Shown: positions 24,441 through 37,890 of the stretch, in pieces
Layout of the letters: each line of letters starts with the position of its first letter
Position numbering within the stretch: position 1 is the stretch's first letter
From: the human T2T-CHM13v2.0 reference genome, Homo sapiens
DNA: 64,000 bases
Strand: one strand, 5' to 3'
Assembly (NCBI RefSeq): GCF_009914755.1
Contig: NC_060944.1
The notes under the pieces: model-generated
Databases searched by the model: none
Told to the model about the DNA's origin: nothing
Seen by the model: only the letters and a program-made list of their open reading frames with translations
Made by a program: the position numbers and the translations under genes

Positions 24441-25944
24441 CCACTGCTAACCCATTCACAATGCTCTCTGCAAGTAGCTGGGACCCCAAGGTAAGTGAAT
24501 ACTAGTATATGTGGTCCTCAATATGGATTCTCTTTGTATGTAATTGGAGGTGCTGTGTCCTTTAGCAGACTGCAAGCCTTCTGAGGGCAGTGACTAGGGC
24601 TCCCGCATAAAGCACACCCCACCCAGGAGGCTTCAAGCACAATGTGGCCACTGGAAGGAAACACTTCTAGGTGCTGCTAGAATCCCAGGGGCTTTAGTGA
24701 AACTCTCTCTTTCCTGGATTCCTCCTCAGTGGAAGCAGAATACACAGGGACACTGCTCCCTCCACTCTCCACCCCCAGCCTCTTTTTATAATGACTCTTC
24801 CTGTCTGTGGGCTACTTCCTCCTGGGGAACAGAAGGTCTAGGAGGCCTCTGAATTGGCACCAGCGCCCTGTGGTTAACTTGTGTCTGGCAGCAAAAGCTG
24901 CTGGTCCCTAGGATGCAGCAATCACCTCTAAATGAGGTCTGCCTTTGCTACATTTAAGGACTGTAACAATTGCTTTTTCTCCCTTGGAAATATAACCTTA
25001 GAGATGAACTGCTCTTGATTCAGTAAACGTCTGTGCCAGTTTCCTTAGAGGCTACCATGAGAAGGTACTAGCCTCCTTCCACAAACTCAAGAGGAAAGCA
25101 CAAACCTGCAATCATTGCCCATTTTCCTAAGTCCCTGCATAGGGCTGAGGCCAAGGGCAGAGGCTGGGCTGGGACTCTAGAAGGCAGCAGGGAGGTGTGT
25201 TGGGTCTGAGTTGTTTCTGGATTGCAAGTGTCATTGATGCATATTTAATACCAATGACACTGCTCTGCTGTCACTATCAGTGCCCCATGCAAGCCTTGGG
25301 GACATCTTAAGGAAAAAACTGGCATAAATGATCCCATAGGTGTGTCCCTGTGAAGCTGTGTTTAAAGTTCTCCTAGATTATATTTAGATCCTGGCATGGC
25401 TTCTCCAGTTATGGAACTGTGTGTACTGCTGTTTGGTTCTTGCCAGGTCTGGTTTTTCATGGAGTCAGGGTGTGGGCTTAGAATGCTGATCTCCACACTT
25501 GGTCATGCTGCTTGCCTTTGCCAAGCTAGATGTGCTAAAGGAGTGAGGGATCAGGAGAACTCTGTTCCTGGCCCCCAGTAAGCAGGTGCTGCCAGTTCAC
25601 ACTGACACGCACCGCTGAAGAGCATAAAACTATAAAATGGAGTTTCTGCCTCAGTTTCCACATTTGTGCTAGATTTCTGTTGGGACTGCTGCCTCATTGA
25701 CTGTAACCCTCATACTGGCTGTTGTTCCCCCCAAAACCCTCTCAGGGATGGAACCTAGAGCTAGCTGTACCTCCATCCGATTGGTGATGGAGGAAATCAC
25801 AGTTTTATTCTCCCCTGGCTCCAGCGTTGAAATCAGGCAGCCTTGGTCTAAAACATTAACTCAGAGCCAGTCACCTCACCTTCTGGGTTTCAGTTGCTTC
25901 GTCTGTAAACTAATGTTGAATATTTTAATCCTTTCCCACTATTT

Positions 25945-26450
25945 TCTTCTGAGCTGTAATTTGCATTCAGTAAAATAAACAAATCTTAAGTGTACAGCCT
26001 AATGAATTTCTATACATTCACATACCTGTCATCCAACCCAATATAGAGAATACATTTCCAGCCCTCCAGAATTATCTTGTTCCCTAACCTAGGTAATGCC
26101 ACACCCCCATAGGGAACCACTGTTTTGGAGTTCATCAACATGAGTAGTTTTGCCTGTTTGTGAATGTCATATATATGGAATCCTACAGTATATACTGTTT
26201 GCGTCCAGCTTTGTTTGTTCAACATATAAGTTTTGAGGTTAATTCACATTATGGAGTGTACAGATAGCCAGTCCCTTTCTGTTGATAAATAGTATTCCAC
26301 TGTAGCAGTACAATACAACAATGTATCCATTCTACTTTGGATGTCATTTGGGTTGTTTTCATTTGGAGACTATTACAAATAAAGCTATTACCAACATTCT
26401 TATGTGGGAATGTTTATAGAAATATGCATTCATTTCTCCTGCGTTTATTC
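25945..26450 (-). mobile_element. L1ME-type 3' end
   Basis: aaatcttaagtgtacagc...tagttttgcctgtttgtgaatgtcatatatatggaatc. Confidence 0.8.
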
Positions 26451-26714
26451 CATGGTCCAGTACCAGGGATTTAAGCACCAAAATTCATTCCACACTTAAG
26501 TTCCTCATCAGCACATTTTGATGCCCAAAGGCACCTGAGGCTCAGCAGGTTCTACATGGAGTCCATCACCCTCATCACTCAGCCCTGACAATCCCTCCAG
26601 GCTCAGGGCTAAACATCTCCTCCAGGGCTACAGGCCAGCCATCCTCAGCTTCTAGTGCTTTGAATATGCCTTATTCTCCTTCTATCTTCCTGGCCTTGAG
26701 AATAAATTAAAGTC

Positions 26715-27655
26715 AGATGATTACATCCCCTTTATACAGAAATATATTCTAGAAAGATTAAAAACTCGAAGGCAAAACAAAACAAAACAATAAAAGTGCT
26801 AGAAGAAAATCTGAAGTATCTTTTCATATTCTTGCTTTGGTTGCCTAAAAGTGTAATAAGGTTAAAAGCAAGGAAGAAAGACTGAAATAAAAATTAAAAA
26901 CATCTCTATATAAAAAGAGTATAAAGAAGACAAATCTGTTAAAAACTAAATAAATTTATTTAGTTTATTTTTTACTACTAATGTGTCGAAAAACACATAT
27001 TATCCTTAATACGCAAAGGGCTCTTGCAAAATAATAAGAGATGTGTAAAGCTCCCCAAAGAAAAAAATGCATAAAGAAGTAGCAACTGGTAATATAAAGG
27101 TCCAATAAGCAAGAAAAAGTTGCTCAACATAATCAATCAACAAAGAATAACACATTAAAACAAGCTATTATTTTTTACTAATCAGATTAGTTTTCAGACA
27201 ATTGATGGTTTTGGGAAATTAGACCTCTCATATGCTCTTGGTAGAATTATAAATCAATACCTCTTTTCCAAGAAGATATTCCTATGATGATCAAACACCA
27301 TATAAATGTGGCCAAGTAATTCAATTTCTAGGAAGATGTCCCAAGGAAATGGTTGTATATATACACAAAGATATGTACCAGCCTGTTCATAACAGAAGTG
27401 CATAAAAATTTAAAACCTGAAACAACCCAAATGCCCAGAAATAGGAAAATCATGAAGTAAAGTAGGGTACATACATATAATGGAATTATATGCAGCCATT
27501 AAGGTGATTGGATAAATATGTCTTTATCATGGAGAGCTGTTCATATCCTTTTTGAGAGACTGAAGTAGGTTGCAAAAAATAAGTCAAGATATGATTCCAT
27601 TATTGTGCATGTGCGTGTGTGCACACACATGCCCACGGCAAGTGTTTGGAAGGTG
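26715..27655 (+). mobile_element. Ancient L1 3' region
   Basis: aattcaatttctaggaa, tgaaacaacccaaatgccc, tggaattatatgcagccattaa. Confidence 0.75.
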
Positions 27656-27659
27656 TTCT

Positions 27660-28030
27660 ATTCAGGGTAAGTGAACCTCAGTAACCTCAAAGATTTAACA
27701 CAAGAAAGATTTCTTTTTCGCTCGTGTCACAGTCAAAAATGAATCTGCAGGGTGGCTCTGCTTCACTTTGTCATTGAAAAGCCCAGGCTCCTTCTATCGG
27801 TGGCTCCACTGTCCCAAAGAGTCTTGAAGTCCCCCTCTGGACCCTCTGTATCTCACCATCAGAAGAGGGAAGAAACAGTGGGGGTGGGGTGTTTACAGGG
27901 CCAGGGCTGGAGGTGACTCATTTCTTCCCAAATACCACTAAAACATAACCACAGGGTAACCCCTAACTGCAAAGGGGCTGAGAGGTGTAGCCTTGCTGTA
28001 TACCCAGCAACCGCCTAGTCTCCTTCACAG
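27660..28030 (-). mobile_element. MLT1K/L-like LTR
   Basis: cccaggctccttctatc...gggctggaggtgactca...cctaactgcaaaggggctgaga. Confidence 0.7.
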
Positions 28031-28177
28031 AAAGAAACAGCAAAATTCTAACATGATTAGGTCTGGCTAGAAATATTTGGGATCAACTTTGCTTTCTCCT
28101 TTCACTCTTCCACATTGCCCAGACTTTTCCCAAAAGATGTGGGCTACTTTTAGAATAAGAGCAGAAAAGCCCAATAC

Positions 28178-28823
28178 AGCTATTGCCAGCCTTCCATATT
28201 TGCAGGTTCTGCATCTGCAGATTCAACCAATCATGGACTGAAAATATTTGAAGAAAAAACAATTAGAAATAACAATACAACAGTAAAATACCAGCAAACT
28301 AACACAGGAACAGAAAACCAAACACCGCATGTTTTCACTCATAAGTGGGGGTTGAACAATGAGAACACATGGACACAGGGAGGGTAACATCACACACTGG
28401 GGCCTGTCAGGAGGTTGTTGGGGGGACAAGGGAAGGGAGAGCATTAAGGCATTAAGACAAATACCTAATGCATGAAGGGCTCAAAACCTAGATGACGGGT
28501 TGATGGGTGCAGGAAACCACCATGGCACATGTATATCTATGTAACAAACCTGCACGTTCTGCACATGTATCTCAGAACTTAAAGCAAAATAAAAATAATA
28601 ATAATACAAATAAAGAAATACAGTAAAACAACTATTTACATAGCATTTGTATTGCACTGGGTGTTGTAAGTAACCTAGAGATGATTTAAAGTATACAGGA
28701 GGATGTGTATAAATTACATGCAAATACGACCTCATTTTATATGAAGAACTTGAGCATCCAAGAATTTTAGTATCCAAGGAGGGTGCCGGAACCAATCTCC
28801 TGAGGATACTGAGGGTCAACCGT
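28178..28823. mobile_element. MER2 (TcMar-Tigger MITE), split by L1PA
   Basis: ggttctgcatctgcagattcaaccaa...acaactatttacatagcattt...ggaaccaatctcctgaggatactgaggg. Confidence 0.85.
28291..28610 (+). mobile_element. L1PA 3' end (~300 bp)
   Basis: cagcaaactaacacaggaacagaaaaccaaacaccgcatg...aacctgcacgttctgcacatgtatctcagaacttaaa plus A-rich tail. Confidence 0.95.
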
Positions 28824-29906
28824 ATTTCCATTCTGATGGCTTTGCAGAGGAATCAGACAGTCCTCCACTGTAAATCAAGCTGCAATTAGTGCCCTGGTGT
28901 TCTGGCGCCCCGGGTCCTTCGTGTTAGAGCTGGGACATGAAGACAGCACCCGAGAAGAAGGGGGCCTGAAATATCCCTGGCTGCCCTTCACATCTCAAAA
29001 GACACAGACACTAGTCCCCAAGGCAGCTCACAGCCCACCCACCTGGAACTTTCTCCATGCCTGGGAGGCCTCAAACTGAGAAGCAAACCCCACGTTGCTG
29101 TGTGACAGGGCCTGCTTCTGTCCGCCTAGGTGCACAAGTGCATCCCACCACTCAGAGGAATACTCCCCACACCACCATTTGTCACTGTCAGCCCAGGGAG
29201 CAATTATATTCCATCCGGCCAGAAATAAACAGACACCAGCATCACACAGGAGATGACAGGCAGACACACTGCCTCTGATGCACACACGTTTTTCTCATGC
29301 CCAGCTGTGACTGAGCCTCTGGGCACAGATGCAGCCCAGAGCCTGGTGGGAAAAGCAAATCAATGAGGGCCCTTAGAGGATCTCGTAAGCTCTCTCACCA
29401 CTTGCTCTTTTCAGGTAGAATGAACGAATTTGGGGAAAAGCCTAACTTTTAAATTAAACAGTTGTAAAACTTCTGATAAAAATGCCATTAAAGAAATTTA
29501 TGAGATTAAACACATCTCTATGGCTTCTCCTGCAGATCAGCCTGTGGGTCTGAAGGCCTTTGGATCAAGGGGATGAGCGCATTGGTGTGGGAGCCGGGGC
29601 AGGGAGTGGGGTTTGAGCTCCTGCAGCACTGCTTAACAGCTGTGCAGTCCCAGCTGGGTCCTGTAACCTTCCTGCCTTCCAAAGGGCAATATTACCACTT
29701 GCCCTTCCTCCCTGCTTTTATTAATGCAATTTTCTCTGCTTCATATACACTCCTACATCCTCCTTATGGCAGAGACGACTTGCTCTCTCCCAAATTCACT
29801 CTCACCTTCCATCACACAGGGCTGTAGCTAGGAAGCAGCTACTCAGCTAGAGAGTATATTTCCTACCCTATGTTGGCTATGTGTGGCTTCAAGACAAGGC
29901 TTTTTT

Positions 29907-29953
29907 ACATTGTGCACATGTACCCTAAAACTTAAAGTATAATTAAAAAAAAA
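29907..29953 (+). mobile_element. Extremely 5'-truncated young L1PA 3' tip
   Basis: acattgtgcacatgtaccctaaaacttaaagtataat plus A-run. Confidence 0.9.
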
Positions 29954-29962
29954 TAGATTCAA

Positions 29963-30260
29963 TTTTATTTATTTATTTTCTCTTTTGAGACAGAGTCTCA
30001 CTCTGTCACCCAGGCTGGAGGTCTGTGGTACAATCATGGCTCACTGCAACCTCAACCTCTCGGGCTGAAGTGATCCTACCACCTCAGCCTCCCAAGTAGC
30101 TGGGATTACGTGTGTGCAGCACCATGCCCAGCTAATTTTTGTATTTTTCATAGACACGGGTTCTCCCTTTGTTGCTCAGGCTGGTCCTGAACTCCTGGGC
30201 TCAAGTGATCCTCTTGCCTTGGCCACCCAAAGTTCTGGGATTACAGGCACCGCAGCCAGC
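29963..30260 (-). mobile_element. AluJ
   Basis: Dimeric Alu with J-type features (ctcaacctctcgggctgaagtgatcc; gaactcctgggctcaagtgatcc). Confidence 0.9.
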
Positions 30261-30822
30261 TGACTTTAACGTTTTTAAGAGGAGCTTTAGGTTCACAGCA
30301 AAACTGAGCAGAAGATTCAGAACCTCAAGACTAGTTTTCACCAATGAAATGGGAACAGAAGTGATGGCTGTGACTCCCAGGCCCTGCCCTAAAGTGCCTT
30401 GCAGGTGTTCCTCCAGGCACATTCTCTCTTTCAGCTTGCTGGGGTGGAAATGAGCAGGACAAACTTGGAAGCCATGCACTGAGGATGTAAGTCAGGGCTG
30501 CTGTCCACCTAGGTGACCGAGTGACCAAGTAAAGGACTATTGCTCCTGTTGCCAATCCAACATACCACACTGAATGCAATGAGGTATCTTTGATTGCATC
30601 CTGGAACAGAAAAAGCATGTAAGTAGGAAAAAAACACAACTGATTAAACCTCAACAAAATCTGGTGTTAACAGTAACCCACAAATGTGCCATGGCAATGT
30701 AAGTTGTTACTATTTGGTAAAACTGAATAAAGAGTAGATGGGGACTCTCTATATTATCTTCGTAACTTTTCCATGAATCTAAATTTATTCCAAAAGTAAA
30801 TGTTTATTAAGAATAATTTTTA

Positions 30823-31150
30823 GGCAGGGTGTGGTGGCTCACACCTGTAACCCCAGCACTTTGGGAGGCCGAGGCAGGTGGATCACCTGATGTCAGGAGT
30901 TCGAGACCAGCCTGGCCAATATGGTGAAACCCCATCTCCACTAAAAATACAAAAAATTAGCCGGGCATGGTGGCAGGTGCCTGTAATCCCAGCTACTCAA
31001 GAGGCTGAGGCAGGAGAATCACTTGAACCCAGGAGGTGGAGGCTGCAGTGAACCAAGATGGTGCCAATGTACTTCCAGCCTGGGCAACAAGAGTGAAACT
31101 CCATCTCAAACAAAAAAAAATAAAAGAGAGAGAGAGAGAGAAAAAAAAAA
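30823..31150 (+). mobile_element. AluS (Sx/Sq-like)
   Basis: Full-length Alu with A/GA tail. Confidence 0.95.
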
Positions 31151-31797
31151 CGATTTTTAAAATAGCTGTATTGAGCCATTGTGCCTTTGGGTCTATTTAT
31201 TACTGCAGCCACGCCTACCCTAACAAATGCACTTCTCTTCACCTGTAAAGCTCCTAGTCACATTTTAAGACTTGGCTTTGACATTATCTCCATTAAGAAG
31301 CTTCCTGTGATTACCAGGGGGTGAGGTACTGTACACTTTCTTCCTCGATCACACCCAAGAGAAGTAACTCATAGAACTGCCTATTTCCCAAGCCACATTG
31401 AAGTCTTCCTTGAGTCAGAAGCCTTGTCTGCTTCACAGCTACAACATTCCTCATGGTGTTCAGAAATATTTGTCCAATGAGTTAATGCCAGCCTCACCTA
31501 TTTGTTGTGAACATTCACTATACCAACCAGAATAAAACTGCTTCATTAACTCTGAAGCACTGCACAGATGTAGGGGATGATTAATCAGTTGCAAAGTATT
31601 TATTGAACAACAGACCTGTTTTATAATTGTGATATATTTTCCTGGTGGCCTGGAGTGTATGCATTGATACATGGCACTTGGTCTCATGATTCTGACTGTC
31701 TTAATTAGTATTGATGAGGCAAAATGGCTTAAATAGTCAATTCAATGCCATCTGTTGAACACCCAAAGACCAAAGACATTATAGGTGTGGGTTTGCT

Positions 31798-32098
31798 TTT
31801 TTTTGCTTTTTTTTTTTTTGGAGACGGAGTCTTGCTCTGTCACCCAGGCTGGAGTGCAGTGACACGATCTTGGCTCACTGCAACCGCCGCCTCCTGGGTT
31901 CAAGCAATTCCCTGCCTCAGGCTCCCGAGTAGCTGGGATTACATGCACCCACCACCATGCCCGGCTAATTTTTGTATTTTTAGTAAAGACAGTGTTTCAC
32001 CATCTTGGGCAAGCTGGTTTTGAACTCCTGACCTTGTGATCTACCTGCCTCTGCCTCCCAAAGTGCTGGGATTACAGGCGTGAGCCACCGCGCCCGGC
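31798..32098 (-). mobile_element. AluS
   Basis: Full-length reverse Alu. Confidence 0.95.
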
Positions 32099-32104
32099 TG
32101 AGTT

Positions 32105-32320
32105 TGCGTTTCTTGAATGCCTACTGGCTGCCAGGCAAACATGTGTTGGGGGCTTTCACTCCTATTATTTCACTGAATCCCAGTAGTGAAATACTCCAAC
32201 GTTGGTATTATTATCCTCCACTTTACAGGTGAGAAAATTGAGGAGCAGAGAGAACAAGTGATGTGTTTACCACTGCTCACTTCGTAAGTGGAGCTAGGTC
32301 TCCGAAGTCCACCTATAACC
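32105..32320 (-). mobile_element. MIR
   Basis: ttattatcctccactttacaggtgagaaaattgaggagcagagag. Confidence 0.75.
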
Positions 32321-32600
32321 TGCTTCTTTTCAAAACAGCATCTTGACATATGATTGATCGCCAGGCTGTGCTAAGAACTGTCATAAAAATAAATTCAATT
32401 TCTTCCATGCCCCTCTGGGTTGGCTCTCAAATAAAAGCTGAATGCCAGAACTCAAACAAACTTCCATAAACTGAAGTCCAGTTGTTGAAGCTGGGACTTG
32501 GGGTCAGAGGTGACCCTCCTGGCCTACAGAGAGCTGTCTGAGCTGCTAAACCCAGGATGCTTCAACTGTCCTGGATTCATCTGGGAATAAGAATTATTTC

Positions 32601-32963
<363 letters not shown>

Positions 32964-33114
32964 TCATGCCATGCCAGTACTGCTCTAAGTATTTTACACA
33001 GCATAGCTCACCCAACCCTTACAACCCTAGGAGGAGACTACTATGATTCCAATTTCAAAGATGATAAAATAGGCTCAGAAATGTTAGTCAAAAGTTACTG
33101 TGAGTAAATACTTC

Positions 33115-33270
33115 ACTATGAAATTAGATGCTCAATGTCTCCTTTCCCAATAGACTGCAAGCCATTTGAGGGCAGGGACAGTCCTGCCTTATTCTTCTTC
33201 GTATCTAAAGTGTACATCACAGAGTCCTGCACGCAGTAGCTGCATAATAAATAATTGTTGAATAAAGGCA
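33115..33270 (+). mobile_element. L2 3' end
   Basis: tagactgcaagccatttgagggcagggac...aataaataattgttgaataaa. Confidence 0.75.
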
Positions 33271-34580
33271 TGAAATGATAAAAGTCATACAAAATTTGGG
33301 GAGCCACAGAATCTCTGGAAGGCCTGTAATGAATCAACTAATGATTGTTGCTATCACGTGAATATCAGCCAAATGCCTGAGTCTGCACCCTGTCTATAAA
33401 CTCACTCCTGCCTGCTCCTCTCCACCAGCCTCACCCTCACCAGTCCATGCACTTTCTGAGAGCACCCAGGGAGGCAGAACTCCTAGATGCCAAATGAGAA
33501 TGGGTTCCATTCAGAGCTCTCTGCACCAGAGCCATGCTATGCTCCAGGCAGAAAGAGGCAGAGGGCTCTTAGCCTGATTCTTTCACACAAGATCACTTGG
33601 CCCTCAGTTAGCATGACTTGTGTTCAAGGTCTCAAAAGTTCCCCCAAGAAGACGTTTATCATCATTTAGCCACATTTATGAGCTAAATAAATGTTCATTT
33701 ATTTATTTGTGTATTCATGTTGTATGTCACTGATATTTTGTGCTCGGTTCCTTACATAGCAATAGCTGACTATTGCAAACTACTAAGTCTATGTTACAGA
33801 AGAAGACACTGAAGACCAGAAGGTTTAAGTAACTTGCCCAACATTTTATAGAAAGAATGAAGCTAGTATATAAATTTAGGTCTGTCTCTAAAGCAGACAG
33901 GCTTCTGCTACCCCACATGGCTCCCTCTGTCCTTTGGAAGGACATCCAGTCCTTATACCTGGCAGGACAGCCAGTGTGTGTCGCCAGTGTGTGTCGTCAG
34001 TGTCTGGGGCATCTCTCCCATCTGTACCTCCTTGATAGTAGCACAAAGGTGACCCTTGGACAGATGCTGTACTGAGTCAGGATGTCACACCTGGAAACCC
34101 GCCGTGTCCCTGCTGAGTAACTACCCTTCACTCCAGAGCTCTCCTCGGCACATAAGGATATTCCTCACTTTAATGTGTAAATGCCATTCCAAATCAGCAA
34201 CCAAATCCACCAGCCAGGGGAGCTCCAGGTGATTAATGCATCTCTCAGGTAGTGAAAACCACTTAATCTTCAGCTGCAAGTTTCTGACTCCACCAAACAC
34301 AGATCTAATCGCCCACAAATGCACTGCCTGATGGGTCTTTATTGCTTAATTACCAAGGTGAGAGGCTCATAATTAATAAGCCATTTACTCCTACATTTAG
34401 ATGTCTCCAGAAAATGTAGCCAAAGATTTTCCAAGGAAATTCACATTATTTGTCATCTTTATATCTCTTGGTACCTGAATTGGTCACCTATCTCATTGGT
34501 TTCTAAACTTTTCTGCCTACAACTAAATATGAGAGGGAGAGGGAAAAAAAGAGACAGGAAGAGGAGAGAGAAGATTTCCC

Positions 34581-34825
34581 CTCTTCCTCCTGACTCTATT
34601 TTTCATTTATAAAGACCCTTGTGATACATTGGGCCGACCTGAATAATCCAAGCTAATCTTCCCATCACAAGATCTTTAACTTAATTGCTTTAATTAACTT
34701 AATTAACTTAATCTATAAAGTCCTTTTTTGCAGTGTAAGGCAACATATTCACAGATTCTGGGGATTAGGACACGGACATAGACATTTTTTATCGGGGGTG
34801 GGGGTGGGTTATTCTGCCCACCCTA
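34581..34825 (-). mobile_element. MLT1D LTR 5' half (inverted)
   Basis: gacccttgtgatacattgggcc...catattcacagattctggggattaggac...ttattctgcccacc. Confidence 0.8.
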
Positions 34826-35149
34826 ATGTTCAGCACTGCAACAACCTAAGCCCCCCACAGAAGAAAATGGTTAAATAATCTCTCCCCACACATTGCATGT
34901 GCTGCCATTAAAATGCTTATAAAGAACTCTTAGAACATGGCCCATGCTGATGCTGTAATATTTGGTAGAAAGCTGGGCAAATTTCAAAAGTATTACGCTT
35001 TGCATAACAAGTGTAAAAAGCATGAACAATGATGAACAAATAAGATGACAGGGAAATAATAATTCCTATTTATTGTACTTGGTAGTTGAATCATGTACAC
35101 TTATTTGTTTCTGTCTGCATTTTTCTAAATAGGAAAGAAGGATAGAGAA

Positions 35150-35412
35150 GAGGAAGAGAGTTGAAGATGCTGCATTGCTCGAGGAAGAGGCCATGAGCCA
35201 AGGAATGCGTACAGCTTCCAGAAGCTGGAAAAGGCAAGGAAATGGATTCGCCTCTAGATACTACAGAATGCATCCTGCCAACACATCAATTTTAGCCCAG
35301 TAGGATGCATTTCAGACTTCTGATCTCCAGAATTGTAAGATAATAAATTTGTATGATTTCAAACCACTACGTTTGTGGTAATTTGCTACAGCAGCAAGAG
35401 AAAACTAATCCA
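35150..35412 (+). mobile_element. MLT1D LTR 3' half
   Basis: ttgaagatgctgc...gagccaaggaatgc...agaagctggaaaaggcaaggaaa...aaactaatcca. Confidence 0.85.
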
Positions 35413-35799
35413 AGTGCCCTTGTGAATGAAACTGTTCACGTAGTTCAGATTTCTATTACAACAGATTTCTAGAAGTGGAATTACTGGATCAGAGGATGTG
35501 ACTGTTTTGAGAGCTCTTGACTAGATGTTGCCAAACTGCTATCCAAGAAGGCTGAGGGGCAACTTTGGTAGATGATCCAGGAAGAGGACCCCAACCCCCA
35601 CTGCCCCGGGGCAGTCATTCACTTCTTTCCATCTTAGTTTCCCACACCCTTGTCCAAGCCATGCCCTCACCTCCCCTGGAAAGAATGCCCCAGCCCCTTC
35701 ACTGGTCTTCCCACTTCGCCTCTTGGCAGCCACAGCTTGTGTCCCACATATCAGCCAGGAGAATCTCATTAACACCTGAGTTAGAGCCTGGTGCTCTCC

Positions 35800-36152
35800 T
35801 GTATTCGTTTGAGCTGTTATAACCACATACCATAGACAGGGTAATTTATTAGCAACAGAAATTCATTGCTCACAGTTCTGGGGACTGGGAAGTCCAAGAC
35901 TGAGACTCCAGAATATATGATGTCTGGCGAGGGTCTGTTCCTCATAGATGGTGACTTTATGCATGCTCACAGGGCAGAAGAGGCCGGGGGCTCCCTCAAA
36001 CCTCTTTTACATGGGCACTAATCCCGTTCATGGGGGTGGGATCCTCCTGACATAATTGCTTCCTAAAGGTCCCACCTCTTAATACCATCACCATGGGGTT
36101 TAAGTTTCAAGATATGAACTTTGGGGTGGACACAAACGTTCAGACCATAGCA
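35800..36152 (-). mobile_element. MLT1A-type LTR
   Basis: ttgctcacagttctggggactgggaagtccaaga...ggacacaaacgttcagaccatagca. Confidence 0.9.
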
Positions 36153-36199
36153 CATCCTTCATTGTTTTCCCATTACTCTTTGCATAAAGAAAACTATCC

Positions 36200-36940
36200 C
36201 TGCCCTGGCCTCTGCTGGCCACCCTCTGGCCTCACCACCCACCAAGAACCCTCACCCCTTACCTTCTCTGCTGTGGCCACATGGGTCTTCCCCCAGCTTC
36301 CACCCACAGGCCATGCTCTCATTTACTCCAGGGCCCTGGCACATGCCTGGAATGCTCTCCTCACATTCTTGTTGGCCCCAACATCTCTCCCTTGTCCTTT
36401 AGAGCCCATATAAAATGCACCTTTCTCAGGAAAGCCCCCTTCACCTCTCAGGCAAGGTCCACTTCTCATGCATTCCCATACTGTATTCTTCTCCTTCATA
36501 GCACTCATCATGATTACAATTAATTAACTTTTTAATTAGTTGTTTAGCTTTTAATCAAAGTTTGGTATCTATCCAGGAACTTGCACATAGCACAATCTCT
36601 ATGAACTTTCACAAACTGAACACACCTGTGTAAACACCACCTGGAGCAATAAAACATTCTCTGCCTTCTCGGGCATCCCAGAAGCTCACCCATACCTCTT
36701 CCAGTTACTAAGTCCCCTAAGGCAATGCCTACCTTGACCTCTAACACTAGAGATAAGTTTTTTTTTTTTTTTTTTTTTAACATCTAAACACAATTGATAG
36801 CCTTTTTTTTTTGGCATATATGTCTCCATTAAAATATAAGCTCCATAAGAGCAGGACCCATGTCTGTTTTGTTTGCCATCCTATTCCCAATGTCCAGCAC
36901 CTTAGCTCAACAAATATTTGTCAAATTACAGAATGAATTA
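36200..36940 (+). mobile_element. L2 3' portion with an L1ME insert (~36545-36760)
   Basis: cagggccctggcacatgcctggaatgc; taagctccataagagcagggacc-like; aaatatttgtcaaattacagaatgaat. Confidence 0.7.
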
Positions 36941-37575
36941 ATTAACAACTAATTAATGTTGTAGGAATTGGGCAACAAGGTGTAGGAGGTACAGTGAGCA
37001 GGGTGCCCACAGGAAGATGGAAGTAAGAGAAACAAGGTGCATCTAGCCAAGGAGGGGCCAGCAGGAAGGTCAAAGGAATGCCCCTGGCTGCACAAGCCCA
37101 GCCTGCACTGGGCAAGGCAAGCACCCTGGCCACTAGGGGCCTTCCACAGTGGCATGAGTCCACCCCCCACCCACCCAACCTCCAACTCCCTGCCCATGAT
37201 GGTCTGGATAAGATACCCTTCCTCCATAGATAGGAGCTTTTCTGGAAGGACACAAGCTGTTGAGCTCCAGAGAGGGATTGTCCTTGGCAATAAAGAGGGG
37301 GCATTAGACAGTGTTGTGGTGAGAATAAGCTGGCATCTGTTGGTCTCAGACTGGGAGAAATTGTAGCCTGTAGCCCAAGTTTGAATTGAAGGACACTGAC
37401 TGGGTGACTACCCCATGATCTAAGTTCTGATTTCACCAGATCCTGCTTGCCTCCCTACTTTCCCTCCTTCCTTCCATTCAAACTTCTGTCCACACTTATC
37501 AGAGCAGGTTCTCCTATGTGGGGGATGATACAACCCCGTTATCAGCACAGTGGTCTCAAAATGGCAAGACGGACC

Positions 37576-37890
37576 CTTTCTTTCTTTTTTTTTTTTTTTT
37601 TTTTTTTTTTTGAGATGGAGTCTCACTCTGTCACCCAGGCTGGAGTGCAGTGGCGCAATCTCAGCTCACTGCATGCTCCGCCCCTCCAGGTTTAAGCACT
37701 TCTCTGCCTCAGCCTCTGGAGTAGCTGGGATTACAGGCCCGTGCCACCACGCCCGGTTAATTTTTTGTATTTTTAGTAGAGACGGGGTTTCACCATCTTG
37801 GCCAGGCTGGTCTTGAACTACTGACCTCGTGATCCACCACCTCGGCCTCCCAAAGTGCTGGGATTACAGGCGTGAGCCACCGCACCCAGC
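37576..37890 (-). mobile_element. AluS
   Basis: Full-length reverse Alu with long T tail. Confidence 0.95.

Larger units (their letters stand above)
29775..31231 (+). mobile_element. Fragmented MLT1 LTR hosting nested L1/Alu inserts
   Basis: ttcaccaatgaaatgggaacagaagtgatg; 3' end gagccattgtgcctttgggtctatttattactgcagcc...aacaaatgca. Confidence 0.6.

Noticed and set aside
24488-24496. Perfect donor AAG|GTAAGT (also an isolated acceptor at 58857)
   Set aside because: No convincing partner splice site or reading frame nearby; isolated sites occur by chance in 64 kb
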